Below, one piece after another: positions 26,560 through 40,482 of a stretch of 64,000 nt of DNA. Each line of letters opens with the position of its first letter. The stretch's first letter is position 1. Source of the stretch: the human T2T-CHM13v2.0 reference genome, Homo sapiens; NCBI RefSeq assembly GCF_009914755.1, contig NC_060940.1; one strand, written 5' to 3'. Below the pieces are notes generated by a model, which was not told where the DNA came from, did not search any database, and was given only the letters and a program-made list of their open reading frames with translations. The position numbers were made by a program, and so were the translations under genes.

Positions 26560-27110
26560 ACTCCAAGTAATAGCAGTGTCAGCAATAAAGCAGGAACTCA
26601 CATAGCAAAGTGTATGGAAATAAGTTATTCCAGGGTTGGTATGGCAGTTTAATGATGCCACCAAGAACCTAGGCTCTTTCTTCCTGATCTGCCATTCCCA
26701 ATATATCAGCAATGTCTTTCCTCATGGTTGCAAAACAGCTGCTATGGCTCCAAGCATCACATCCTCACACCAGCATACCAGGAAGGAACAAAGCAAGCAT
26801 AGGAAAAGTGTTCTTCTCACATATCTCTCTTGCTCGAGAAAGAGAACCAAGAAGTTTCCTGCAAGGAACAAAGCAAGCATAGGAAAAGTGTTCTTCTCAC
26901 ATATCTCTCTTGCTCGAGAAAGAGAACCAGGAAGTTTCCTGCAGACATTTCCTCACACCTCATTGGCTGGAACTGGGTCACATGCACATCCTTGAACTAT
27001 CATTGGCAAAGGGAAATGGGTCATCAAAATTGCTTAAGGCCAAGCAGGAGCCATTGTTGGGGTTAAACTGTCCTGAACAAAATCTAGGCTCTGAATGATA
27101 GGCAAGAAAG
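26560..27110 (-). mobile_element. Old MLT1 (K/L-type) LTR containing an 80-bp tandem duplication
   Basis: CTCATGGTTGCAAAACAGCTGC...CTCATTGGCTGGAACTGGGTCACATG hallmarks. Confidence 0.65.
26783..26943. repeat. 80-bp tandem duplication (2 copies, 1 mismatch)
   Basis: Unit AAGGAACAAAGCAAGCATAGG...GAAGTTTCCTGC at 26783 and 26863; differs only at 26850 (A) vs 26930 (G). Confidence 0.95.
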
Positions 27111-27822
27111 AAGAGGGGATGGCCACAACTTCCTTTACACGGTGAATAACAAGAGCAGCTTAAGTAAGTAGATGCCCCTATGGGGCAGTAATCTTGCTGT
27201 GGGCAGAAACATGTCCATGCACACAGAAGCTTTAGGAATCTTCAGAGAGGTTCCATAGTCACTTGTGAACCACTGAAGCCTCTTTCTCCAAGCCATTGTC
27301 TTGAATGCTGTTTTTAACTGATTACAATGCATGCAGCTCCCGTGCCCCACTTATTTTAGCTTTTGAGGATGTTCATTTCCCCGGAATCTCCAAATATAAA
27401 TCAGGTTTTCACAGAAAACCACAGAGCCCTCACAGGTGTGGAAATCATCTAAAGATATGCTAATGATTTGGGTTTCTAGAAAAATGTATATCTATGAAGG
27501 AGGCAGGGATTAAGCACAGCTAGTATGTATGATTTTTTCTTTTCCTTTCATCACCTGTAATAAGGCAGGATGGAGACTGAATGTATCAGACAAAACAGGG
27601 ATCAAATACTAGTTTCAACATTTGCTGCCTGTTTGACCTTGGGCAAATTCTTTAACCTCTCTGAGCCTTGGTGCCTTGTTCTCCTCATGCATAAAATGAA
27701 CCCTCCTGCAGGGATGATATGTAGACCAACACTGATAATAATGACAGTAATACCAGTTACCCTGTCATGGGTGTCCATTCCATGACAGGCCTGACTCTAG
27801 GCATTTTATACACATTCTCTTC

Positions 27823-28107
27823 TTTTTTTTTTTTTTGAGACATGGTCTTGCTTTGTTGCTTAGGCTGGAGTGGAGTGGTGCAATTGCAGCTCACTGTAGC
27901 CTCAAACTCCTGGGCTCAAGTGATCCTACCATCTCAGCCTCCTGTCTGAATAGCTGGGACTACAAATTTCAGCTAATTTTTTTTTTCATTTTTTTGTAGA
28001 GGCTGAGGTTTTGCTATATTGCCCAGGCTGGTTCTCAAACTTCTAGCCTCAAGTGATCCTCCTGCTTTGGCCTCCCAAATTACAGGCATGAGCCACTGCA
28101 CCTGGCC
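27823..28107 (-). mobile_element. AluJ
   Basis: Antisense Alu dimer, diverged. Confidence 0.9.
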
Positions 28108-29349
28108 ACGTCATCGTCACAAAAAATGCAATGAGTTAGGGGCTTGTGTTGCTCCCAACGTTTAGAGTATTGAAGGGACCAGCCCAAAGTCACAAAGCTA
28201 ATGGGCAAGGGTTGAATCCATATGTCTGACTCCAAAGCCAGTTCTGCAGCATATTAATTGCATATTTCTTGGTTTCTTTTTTTTTCCTCCAATTATTTGG
28301 TGCTATGCCAAAATCATCAGAATTGTTCCTGTAGGCATTCCTTTTCTTAATTACATATTGCATTGTTCTCTTTCTCACTTTCCCTTGTTTGATCCAAGGT
28401 AAATTTTTAGTCTTTTTAAAAATGCTCATACATTATAAATCCTTGCTAATATACAGTTCTTTCAGACTGTCCTGCCTTGCTTGAGGAAGCAGATGTGGGT
28501 CAGGGAGAAAGAAGGACCGATGAACTCAAATAGCCTTTTCACTTTTATTCTCTCTTTTCACTTCAAAATGCTGTGTCATCAGTGAATCCCCTCCTCATAA
28601 TCTCTTCTTTCCTGGAGAATACCAGCCTAGTTTCACTTCCCTTGTAAAATATCCACAGATCTTTGTGCCCCAATCACTTTGGCTGTATTGCACTGGGCCT
28701 TGCTAATGGCACAATATCCTTTTCATAATAAGGTATCCCACATGACACAGTAGACTTTTGTACCTGGCCAGAATCACTACATTCATCGCAGATACCATGT
28801 GCTGTCTATTGGATACCCTCATTTTCTCTTTTCAGGAAGGGCTGGTGTCAGCTTTCCTCCTGCCTCTTATGAACCAGGAAATTTTTCTCCCTGTATCTTG
28901 GGGCTGCTGTTTTCCAGCCTCTGCCAAGTTTCCATTTTTGTGGGACATCAGTTGACCGGCATACCCGTACCCTGGACGGGGACTTGGGTTAACTGAGGGT
29001 TGGCATTCTCCCCAAAGCCTGTTCTGCATATATTTTTGAAAACCTATTGGTTTTCTGCCTACCTTCTTTCCTCCATGAGTAGACTTCAATGAACACATCA
29101 CTCTCTTTCTTCGGTAATTACCTGGTCTCACCTGCTCATCATAAAAGAGCTATTCTTATTGTTAGGGCTGACAGATTCACTTTGCAGGTGATTTAATCTG
29201 CATCTGTAGTGTCCACAGAACATATTCTAGAAGTTAAAAGTACATAATATAATGAAAACCCTGATGCAACTTTTGCTTGAAATATGAGTATAGCAAAGAC
29301 ATTTGAGAGAAGAGCCTGAAAATAGGTTAATAGTAGTTTAATTGTATCT

Positions 29350-29620
29350 AATAAGAGCTACCATTGATTAAGCCTATAATAATACTAGTAACTCCCCTAA
29401 ATATGCTCTACACATTACTTCATTTAATCTACATAATAACACTCAGAGGAATGTATTACCATCCCAGATTTACAGAGTAAATGTATTACCATCCCAGATT
29501 CACAGAGAAAATTAAGGCTAAGAATGTTAGGTAATTGGCCGAGTAGCCTGCAGCTAGTAAGTATCAGAGAACGGATTTGAACCCAGGCCTTGGCTGGTTT
29601 CCAAGTCCACAAGCTTAGCT
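29350..29620 (-). mobile_element. MIR with an internal 30-bp duplication
   Basis: MIR core (ACAGAGAAAATTAAGGCT...GGATTTGAACCCAGG). Confidence 0.7.
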
Positions 29621-32600
29621 GCTGCTACCCAGCTTCACTGATTTTTGTTCCGTGCACTGCCTCTAGGATGTTTCCGTATTTGCCTTCTGGTTAATATTTA
29701 CTCCCTCCTCCCTAGCACACCACATTAAGGGTGTGGCATGGGCTTTTCACTTCCTGAATGTTTGTTACTCAGTTTCAACCAGCTTTACTCTCTTTCAAAG
29801 TGACATAAAAGTGACAGCCCTTTAAGCTCACAGAAAAACAGGAGCTGATTCCAGTACGCGATTGACTACCATGCAAGATTTTGTCTTTCCTTTTATATTG
29901 TTGAAGATTCCTTGATGGCAACATGGCCCACACATTATCTAACCTCCAGACAATCCCAGAGGATCTGCAGGAAACCACCAAGCACCCCAGAGGGGTCACT
30001 GGCAACAAATGGATTAAGGAAATGGCCTGATTTATGGGATTATTGGGGGTCGGGGTGGAGAATTATAGACAATTTTGTTTCTACTGCAGAATCAGCATGA
30101 TAGAGTGAATATGGACTTTGGAGTCAGGCCCAGGCCTGTAGGATGACCTGGGAAGCAGTCTAGGCAGCTTTGGCCCACTTCAGCTTGTAAGATAGAGATA
30201 ATACATCATCCTAGAAATATCGCATGGATTATCAGATTTTGTATATAAAGTCCCCAGCAGACACCTGGCACACAGTAAGTGCTCCCAAAACCAAAGCAAC
30301 AGTTCTTAGAAGCTTAGCTTGGCTCAGGCTGAAGTCTCAAATGATCTAGGGTTCACTCTCCAGCCATTTCTAAGCCATTGAGTGAAACTGGACATGTTAG
30401 TTCTGGTGTTGACTTCAGTATCCTAAGTTGGGAAATAGAACTCATCATTCCACTCCTCCTTTTAAGTATTTTGATAAGAATAACCGAGAAGTCCATGTAG
30501 CATTTTGAAAATATAAAATACTATTAGATTGGTTTTGTTTTGTTTTCATAGGAAAGAGAAAGGAAGAAGGAAGGGAGAGGAGAAAAAGAGAAAAGAATTC
30601 AGGACTGATATTTTCAAATTTCCAAAGTGAGCAAGATTGGTGTTTGGTACTCTTTGATCTCTCCTTTTCTTAAAAAAAAGGGGGATGAGTGTGTTAGAGT
30701 CCTACCCCATCTAGAATTAGAGAGAGAGGGAAACAGAGAGGTAAAAATATCCTTCCTATTATCCCTCAAATTTTGCCACAGAGAAAACAACTCACTCTGC
30801 TTTTGTATCAATGACCTTACTGCCTCAGTGTCCTCATCTGTCGAAATGTGTTTAGGAATAGTTGCCCTGCACACCTGTCCAAGGTGTTAGAAGAGCCAGA
30901 TAGATAAGACAATGGGGAAACTTATTTTGAAAATCAAGTAGTATTAAAATCAAGGTGGAGAGAAGGAACACCAGGCCAAGAGTGAGCAAATCTGCATTTG
31001 AACCTGGGCTTGGATGATCAGCAGCTTTGTGACTTTGGGCAAGTCATTTCACCTCTCCACACTGCAGGTTCCTCATCTTGCAATGTGGAAAGCAGAACCT
31101 CTCCGGGTTGGAGGATCCTGTGGGATCCCACGTGAGTCAGCACCTTGAAATTGCACATACAGGGCACATCATTTCTACCATCACCTAAGGTCAATCCCAG
31201 GTTATTGCTGGCCTTTTGGTTTGCTATGTTTTCCACCTTTCTCACAAATTAAAAATGCAGACATGTAAATTCTCTATCTATGTGCACTTCAGGAACTTTC
31301 AAGATCCCTTTAGGGTTATATCTTTCCTTAGCCTCTTGCAAACCTGAAAGCAAGGTGACTGTAGGACAAACTGTGTGGGCACTGGATGGGGAATGCATGC
31401 CTCTGGTAGAAGGGGAAGCCAGAATTCAGAGCCAAAGAACAGGCACCATGCAGGACTATGAGTCCAGGATGTCCAAATCTGACTTCTAAAGGAATGCCAG
31501 TGATACTGATTGTTTTTAATATAAAATCTACCATTTACAAAATACAGGCTCAAGAATAATTGTAAACACTGCACAGGGCAAGTTTTATTGTTTTTCTTAA
31601 AAGAGCTGAAAACCATAATCAAGTGCATCTGCCCTTTGTTGTAGATTGGGGCCTGCAATCTAGGGAGTAGAGAAAGGCTGCCTGACTGGTTAGCAATTGA
31701 AACACAGAGCTGGGGCCATCTAGTCCGAATGCAGTGTTCATCGTTCTTTGCTAAACACAAGGTGACCGTGGTTGTTGTGGTTAGCAAGGTCACCTAGCTT
31801 CCTAGGCAGACCTTATTCCACCACAATGGGCTTCCTTTGCTAGAAAGGACATGGAAAAAGGAGTGACAAAAGAGGAGAAAGAGCTAGTGAAGGAAAGAGA
31901 GGAAGAGAGAGGAAGGTCCCCAGTTGTTATTACCTAGGGAGTGCCCAGCATGCCTTTCAGAGGAACACAGGTGGCTACCCCTTTCTCCTGCCTGCTACAG
32001 CCCACCACCACCAATAACAACTGTGCACCCTCACTGTTGCCCCCATGCATGGAGCAGAGATAGAGCACAGATAGGGAGAAAAGAATTTTCAAGGGTGAGT
32101 TGGAATAGTGACTTCTGCAAGCCTGGTAGGTTTGTCTCTTTTCCGGTATCCTTGCCACTGCACCAGGTGAAGGGGAAGCAGACTGTAAAATACTTTGAAT
32201 ATTATCAAGGTTATTTGGGGAAAAAAAACAGCAACGACCTCACCTGATTGTGCCAGGTTTGTGATAGGAATCTGGGGGGAAGTTGTCCTCAATGACCTCC
32301 ATTTCTTGAATGACCCGTGGCCCACCTGCTACCTCTGAGATGAGTCAGGGGACACAACTTTCTTGATTTCCATCATCATTTGCCTGCTACTGCTGCAGAG
32401 ACTCAAGTGGAAAATGTCACTTCTTGAAGTCATGGCTTTGGTGTCTGGTGACAGGGAGTAGATAGAGTTTGGACAGAGCCACTTGTGAGCTGCGTGGTTT
32501 AATCTCTCTGAACTTCAGTGTCTCTAGCTCTAAAATGGGGGTAGCAGCCTCAATGAGCAAATTAAAGCAAAATAACAAATGTAAAGCACTTATCCCAAGA

Positions 32601-34729
32601 CAAGGCACATGAGAAGTATTCAACAAAGGACAGCTCTAGTTATGGTGGTGATGGTCTCTAAAGCTTCCAGACTCAGATTCCTAACCAGACAGCCATGAGA
32701 CATGGTCCCCACAGTGGCAAAAGGGTAGGCTCCAGGCTGCCTAAGTTTAAATATCCTGACTCTACCACTTCAGCAAGGTACTAAACTCTGTGCTTCTTGC
32801 CTCATCTGTAAGATGGAGATACCTCATTGGGCTGTTGGGAAGATTGACAGGGGTCACCCTTATAATGTGCTCAGCACAATGCTTGGACCAGGATGGATGC
32901 TGCTTGGGTGATGTTATCATCCAGGTGGGCACTGTGGAACACAGACTGATACTTAAGTTCAGCACTTGCCTCATGGAGCTTACAGTCCAGATAGAATAGG
33001 TGCACATGAGATTTTTCTCAGCAAAGTTGTAGTCAGTGCTGCCCGTGCCACCCATCTGGTCTCAGCATTGCTGCTCATGTGCACTGTCGTGACCCATCTT
33101 TCTGCTGCTGACCTTAAGAAACCTTGCCTTAAGGTATGCTTTGGGGAAACCAAATTATGACAGATATAAACTGAAGTGCCAAGACGAATCTTTCAAAGTG
33201 CTGTGATGTCCAGATACGTGGCAAGTGCCAGGAATTTGTGTTTGGGCCCACTGGGAGAGAGGTCCTTTTCCCCGGCTTCCCGCAGTGGAAAGCTGCTGTA
33301 TGTCTGATACCTGTGCTCCAAATCTACCCTCGAGTTCTTATTTGGCAACAGGCTTGCTTAGCAATGTCCCTGGGGTCAGGGAGCCACGGGTGGGCTGATG
33401 CAAGAAACTGCAGTTGTGTCTCTAGGCTGCGACAGCATCACAGCTGTGAGCTTCTCAATTTAAACTCAACATCTGGGCACAAGAGGAAGCACCCTCCATC
33501 CAGGCAAGTTGAAGTTTTCTTTCCTGTATCTTTAACAGAGGTTAAAATGTAAACACAAAACAAAGCAAAACCCAACTTAACTCTCTGGGTCCTGTTTCTG
33601 TTAAAAACATTTTTTAAAAAATAATAATAATTAGAACAATAGACCCAGCTGAGAGAAGTCTGTCTCATAATAACAAGAGAGACTAAAACACGCTCTCCCA
33701 CAAACAGATAAGGAAATAGTGAGCTAAAAAGTAAAACTTAAGAGTGCTACTTCTCAACTCAGTAATTGATTCATGAATAAGCTCTAGCCCAATTTTCTAT
33801 GAAAAATAACAACATAGAGAAAAGAAAAGCCACTCAGATGCAGCTATGTCACCCAAGTGTTCACTGGAGAAATTTAATATGTGTCAGAGAAAAATCTGCC
33901 TTCTCCAAAACATTGCCCCCTCCAAAAAAAATGCTTCTCGTTGTGGGATTTTTTCCTCCACACTGACAGAGAGTTTGAAAGTAAAGCAGCCGACTAGAGT
34001 GTGGGTGCCCACGCCTTAGAACAAAGAGATTAAAGAATAGGCTTTTCTTCAAATAAATTCGATTTTTTTGCAACAAATTCAGGGCCTGGACAGTTTAATG
34101 AAGAATAAAAAATGCTCAGACCCCTCTCTTTCAGCTTTTCCAAACAAACACAGTCATTTCCAACCACTCACAGGTGTTTTTCTTCCCAAAACAAACACAG
34201 AAACAAATATTTACAGAGTTATGAAAATTCAATAGAAGTCACAGGGGCACAAATTTCCTCACCTGCATCCAAGATCTCTGGCCTGGGATTATCAAACAGA
34301 ACGTCACACCTACTTTCCATTACGGGACAGGAAATCTTTGAGCCAAAGAGAATCAGTCTGCAGAATGTGTTCGTAAGGATAAAGGCCTCATCTTTTCAAG
34401 AAAGTGTTTGCAGCTCCAAGGAAGAATGGACTTTGGACAAAGGAAACACCAGTGACTTTTTCCTCATCTGCCCATACGTGCAGAAATGCCCTTGAAGAGC
34501 TCATGACTGCCTTGCGAATTAATCCCTATGTTGACCAACAACACAAAGAGTGGTGCTGACTACCACACTGACCACCAGGAATAATTTCCTACTTAGGTGT
34601 TTGCGGGAAAGGCTGTTGTTTGCTTTTCTCAAATGTCCCGGATGTGAACAGGTCTCAAAATTAGGAAATGCAGCTGGGAATGGCTGCTATCAACAACCCT
34701 TATTTCATCTTTTTTCTTTCTTCAATAGA

Positions 34730-34980
34730 GCTAGAGAAGCAGGCAAGAAAAGAAAATAATGCAATTATGAAAGGAGGGAGGAAAGACAGAGGGAAGGCAG
34801 CGGGGCAGAAGGGAAGCGGAAAAAAGATGGGAGAGAAAGGAAGAAAGGGAGGGCAGAATGGGGACAAAAGATGGCAGGGAGGGAGCGAGGGAGGAAGGAG
34901 CAGAAAGGAGAGGGAAGAAGAAAGGAAGGAAGGAGAGAGGCAGAGAGAGAGAGACAAAAAGAAAGAATGAGAGAGAAACC
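34730..34980 (+). repeat. GA-rich low-complexity polypurine tract
   Basis: About 250 nt almost entirely G/A. Confidence 0.85.
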
Positions 34981-35984
34981 TGCTGTTGTCAGAACCTGAC
35001 TGGTTTACGCTGAGGAACCAGATAGCCTCTCAGTGAAAAGCTGAGATTAAGCTCACAACATAATTTCCATTATGTTAATGTTGCTTTAAAATATATTGCA
35101 CAGAGTGCTGCAACAATCAAATTATCAATTATAATGTCTACTCAGAGTAGAAAAGTGTTGCAAACAGAGGGCTGATTACTGCTTCAGTACATCCAATCTG
35201 CATACTCATTGTTCAGTACAGGGAAAACAAATTATCTTGTGTTGGCCCCAGTTCAAATTTAATTAAATGAGTGCAAAGCAATTATAATAAAGTACAATAG
35301 TGTAGTAATGAAAGGAAAATAACTCATTAACCTATTAATCTTTATTTATGTTCCTCTCAAATAACTATGTAATTTCTTTATCACCGCATCCCATAAGAAA
35401 AAGTAGGGTCTCGCTGCTCATGGCCTGGTTTAACAGGTTCTATTTGGTTAAGATGCCTTTGTGGGCACCATTTATACTCACTTTGCTTAGCTTTGGGGCC
35501 ACGCACCCCCCAGCTGTCTGTCATGCTCCCTGCCCACACGTATGCGTACCTGATCTAGATTTAGCGCTCCTCTCCCACTTTTCCCTGACACTTGTCAGTT
35601 ACAGAAGGTAAATCTCTCTGGAAGTGAGAAGTGCTTACCACAGCATATGGGAAAGAGGCATCTTCCAGCATCTGGTATGTAAGGCAATGCAAAAAAGGGG
35701 AGAGGACAGAATCACTTCTGGTTTAGAGAGAGCCCAGTGCTTGACAGCTGAAGAGATTCCACTAAAAGCTAACACTCCACTGTGCTTTCCAGTTAATAAA
35801 GCTTTTTACATGTATGATTTCACTGAGGCCTCCTGATAACACTGTGAGGGTGCCTGATGTACAGATGAGGAAACAGAATGATGGAGTAGAAAAGTATGGT
35901 GTCCAAGCCTTGCTACTCATGAGTAGCAGATCCAGGATTCTAATTTAGGTCTACAGCCCCTAAATCTTCATTTCATTCCCCTAG

Positions 35985-36143
35985 AACCTTGCTACTCAAA
36001 GTGTGGTCCAGGGACCAGGAGCATTGGCGCCACCTGGAAGCTCATTGGAATCTTGGGCCTCACCCTAGACCTGCAGAATAAGACTCCACATTTTATAAGA
36101 TCCTCTAGTGATTCTCACACACTGAAGTTTAAGAAGCACTGGA
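35985..36143. mobile_element. MER5A-type hAT-Charlie element
   Basis: CTACTCAAAGTGTGGTCC...AAGTTTAAGAAGCACTG. Confidence 0.8.
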
Positions 36144-36717
36144 ACTATTGGATAGTACACTGCCTTTTGAGAGAATGGTGACTCAGGCAAATCTCCCAGC
36201 AACTACTTGGTTAAGCATTTCCTTGCAATTTGCAACACCTTGAGATGACCTTGAGATGATCTTGGGTGATCAAGGTTGATTCTGGCTTCCATTTTCATGT
36301 TATCTGAAGACAGGGCTGGAAGTAGAGGACATAGTAAAAGCAGAAATGATTTCTCTTTCTGGATCCACAGCAGACCCGAAAATCTTCCCCTTTTTCTTCC
36401 AAAGAGAATTTGTGAAATAGAGAGAAAGGAGAGGGGAGAAACTGATGAATTAAGGAAGGAAACAGACACTCGTTAAGTTTCTACCCTGTTCTTGGAGGTT
36501 TTCCATGTATTCCTTCATTTAATCTTCACAACAAGCACCTTTTTAAGATAAGGTGACTGACGACAGGTTTAAGTGATATGCCCAAGGTCACCCACACTGC
36601 TGGGTAACAGAAATGGTATTTGGCTTGGATTCAAAGTTTACACTTTCACTGTACTCTATTTTCTCTTAAAAAAAAAAAAGGAAAAGGGAAGGAAATCAAG
36701 ATGAAATAAAAGGGTGG

Positions 36718-37120
36718 TGTGGTAGTCATTAGTGCTGTTCACCAAGAATCTCCAGTTTTTAGTCTCTGAGGTATGTGAAGGATTATACTTCCTGCCCTGC
36801 TTAGAAGTAGGTGGGAGCCATGTAAATAGGTTTGGCCAATGAATTGGCAGCAGCGGTTTCATGTTTCATTTTCAGATCAAATATTTAATTGCTTGTGGAC
36901 ACCTTACAGAGCTATCTCTCTTTCCTCTGCCATGAAAATTGCCAATATTCAAGATGGTGGTTGCATCATAAACCTGTATCCATAGTGAGTGAATATGCTC
37001 ACCAGAGACCCCCACCAACCTATGATAGACACATAATGAGAGTGATAAAAGCAATAAACCTTTGTGTTATTTTGAGCCCCTGAAGTGTGATGGTTGCTTG
37101 CTACTGTAGCATCACTGAGC
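36718..37120 (+). mobile_element. MLT1I/J-type LTR
   Basis: TACTTCCTGCCC...GAGCCATGT..AATAAACCTTTGTG..GAGCCCCTGA. Confidence 0.6.
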
Positions 37121-37637
37121 CCATCCCCACTCTTCCAGATGCTAGGAAGACGTGTGAAGGGAAACAGTTAACATTTCTACACTGCAACTTTTTCACTTGA
37201 GACTCACAGCATTCCTATGAGAAAGGTAAGGAATGGCTATTATTTATTATGTATTTATAAATTACTATTTACAGATAATTTAACACTGACATAGCAGTTT
37301 AAGTGTCCTGCCCAAGATCACAAAGTTTATAAGTGGAAGGGCTAGGTTTGGAGCACAAGGCTTGTAATGACTGATCTTTCTTCAATGCAGAACACTTCCT
37401 CCAAAAAAGGACTGGAGCACCATTACCTGCCCTTGGGTATACTCAGATTGGTATATCTAGCTTTGTACTCACACTCCTCTTCCCCCACCACTCAGGAGGA
37501 ATCCAAGTTATTGGGCAAAAATCAGGCCAAGGAAAAACAAGTACATGCAGTTGCCAGCAGATGACGACATTGGGTCTTTGCTAGAGAAACCACCAGAGAA
37601 AGTTCACAGTGATAACCCTCAATGAAGTCAACTGTAA

Positions 37638-37969
<332 letters not shown>

Positions 37970-38199
37970 TGTGTTCATCTTTCATGTGATTGTTTTTGCA
38001 AGATAGAAAGGCAAAAGTTAGTAGTAGCAGGATTGACCTTTGTAATATGATCTTAAAAATATTGTCTCCTAATTTGCATATGGAAGAATCTCAACTAAAT
38101 AACCTCCTTTTAACCAGTTCACTAAACAAACCAAAGTTCTCCCTTTTTCCTATAAAACATGCTTCTAATGCAGGTTAGAGGCTCTTGGCAAGTAGGCTA

Positions 38200-38780
38200 C
38201 TGTCCAGCATGTCCAAGGTCCTGCTCTCCCATCTTTGAGTGCTATGTTTACTAAGAGTCTATTAGGTTCATTCCCAGGCTTGTTTATGCTCACTGTATTT
38301 CTTATTGTCATTATGTACCTTAATGTAATGTGAGTCAGAAAAAAACATATTTCTGTGAAGACTGGATAGAACGCTTTGGAAAGATTTGATAAAAGCAAGT
38401 TACTAAAAAGAGTGTTGGCAGACCTGTAACAAAAAATTGACAAAAGTTATGGTCTATGTGGAACCTGCCCTCAGAATGTTCTTTTAGTTTCCCAAGGCTT
38501 CACATTCTGTGTTAAAGAAACAAACTGAAATTCATGGACAATGCATTGCGAGTGTGATTTATACAAGAAAGGCAATCTAGACGTCTTAGCAATGGAATGT
38601 AACCATGTTTTTTAAAAGCCTAAGTCATATATCAAATGATTGTCAAAACGATAACCCAAAACAATGTATAGGTTTTGTGTTAAAATAAAATGAAATATTT
38701 AAAGTATGGATCGTTTTTAATCATTTCTGAATTCAAGCCCTACCTATTTGTCCCAATTGCTTCTGATATAAGGACTTTCA
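38200..38780 (+). mobile_element. TcMar-Tigger transposase remnant
   Basis: GCTTTGGAAAGATTTGATAAAAGC (ALERFDK, Tigger/CENP-B-like HTH) and GACAATGCATTG..GTGTG..TTTATACAAGAAAG segments. Confidence 0.55.
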
Positions 38781-38913
38781 CATAATTACTTTTCCTGTTT
38801 GCCATTTTCCCATTTCCCCTTCCACAGACATACTGTGCTACCTTTAAGTGCGAGGTCTTTCACATATCTTTTTTTATCCAATTACCTCATTCAACAATAT
38901 TTATTTTAAAAAA

Positions 38914-39037
38914 TTTTTTAAAGAGATGGGATCTGCCTATGTTGCCCAGGTTGGTCTCAAACTCCTGGGTTCAAGCAGTCCTCCCACCTTGGCCTCCCAA
39001 AGTGCTGGGTTACAGGCATGAGCCAACACATCTGGCC
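38914..39037 (-). mobile_element. Alu monomer (FLAM_C-like)
   Basis: Single left-arm Alu monomer. Confidence 0.8.
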
Positions 39038-39453
39038 CTCTACAAATATTTCCTGGACAATTACTATGTGCCAAGCACTGGCCTGGGTCCTGGGCATAGA
39101 CCAACGAACTGTAGAGCCAACAGTAGAGAAAACAGACTTTAAATAATGAGAGAATCATCATTTAATAATAACTGTGGTGTGCGTTATGGAGAAATTCAGA
39201 GTTCACTCTGTTTTTATATAACTCAGACCTGGGATGGATTTCCTACTTCTGAATGGTAAAGTAAGTGTCTGAGTAGATGAGCCACCAGCCTTCTTCCTTG
39301 TATTCTATTTTTAATGCAGTTTCTTTGGGCCAAATGATCACCGTCATCCTTACCAGCTCCAGACTGTGATTCCATAGTGGCTGGATTGCCTTGGAGCTTA
39401 GAGCAGGTTATTTCAGTTTACTCCATGGATATTCTCTCCACTCTTCTCCACTT

Positions 39454-39886
39454 CATGATGGTTAATATTGAGTGTCAACTTGATTGGATTGAAGGATGCA
39501 AATTATTGTTCCTGGGAGTGTCTATGAAGGTGTTGCCAAAGGAGATTAACATTTGAGTCAGTGGACTGGGGAAGGCAGACTCACCCTCAATCTGGGTGGG
39601 CACAATTTAATCAGCTGCCAGCGTAACCACAATAAAAGCAGGCAAAGAACGTGAAAAGACTAGACTCGTTTAGTCTTCTGGCCTACATCTTTCTCCTGTG
39701 CTGGATGCTTCCTGCCCTCAAACATCAGACTCCAAGTTCTTCAATTCTGGCTTCCCTGATCCTCAGCTTGCAGACGGCCTATTGTGGGACCTCATCCTGT
39801 GACCGTGAGTCAACGCTCGTTAATAAACTCCCTTTTATATATACATCTATCCTATTAATTCCATCCCTCTAGAGAACCCTAAGATA
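39454..39886 (+). mobile_element. MLT2A (HERV-L) solo LTR
   Basis: TGATGGTTAATATTGAGTGTCAACTTGATTGGATTGAAGGATGC...CCCTCTAGAGAACCCT, characteristic of MLT2A1/A2. Confidence 0.88.
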
Positions 39887-40103
39887 TCTCTATTCTGTTC
39901 CCCAAGAGGTGGACCTTTATGGACCCAATCAACTGCCTCCCTCACCCTGTGCCTCCAGGTGGCTTGGAAAGCAGGAGGCGATGAAGGCTGTGGGTTTTGT
40001 TCTCTATCTATCTATCTGCAGAATTGTCAAGTGTTGGCAGCCTCTCTCTTGGCAAAGCCACCACCCTTGTCAAGCAGCACTCTCTTTATAGCTACTCTCT
40101 AGG

Positions 40104-40482
40104 TCAGGGATTGTCAAACAAGGCCCAGACTAAGGGGTGGCAAGCAAAGTGCCTTGGAAGCCAAGGTTACCCTCGGAGTTATGCAAATGCAGGGCCTGAG
40201 AGTCCATTCTTTCTTAAATTTTGCACCCTGGACACCTCACTTGCCTTACCCTTGTCCCGGCCTTGATGAAAACTTCCTTTGTAAAGGACTAGAGAATAAA
40301 TATTTTAGGCTTTGTAGGACACACAGTTTCTGATGCAAGTATTCAATTCTGCTTTTGAAATGTGAGGGCAGTCATAGACAATATGTAAACAAATGGGCAC
40401 AGCTGTGTTTCAATAAAACTTTATTTTCAGAAACAGGTACAGGGCCAGGTTTGATCCATGGGCCATGGTTTGCCAACACCTG
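40104..40482 (+). mobile_element. MER58A interrupted by a MER91-like element (about 40120-40266)
   Basis: TGTAAAGG..AATAAATATTTTAGGCTTTG..CAATAAAACTTTATTT..TTTGCCAACACCTG. Confidence 0.7.

Noticed and set aside
26783-26943. Direct repeats considered as a CRISPR-like array
   Set aside because: Two adjacent copies with no spacer in mammalian DNA: a simple duplication.
34668-34970. Charged and hydrophobic low-complexity ORFs
   Set aside because: By-products of the GA-rich tract.
36027-36045. CTCF-like motif (also weaker ones near 4615, 8195, 54105)
   Set aside because: Mismatches in the 5' core; not distinguishable from chance without ChIP data.
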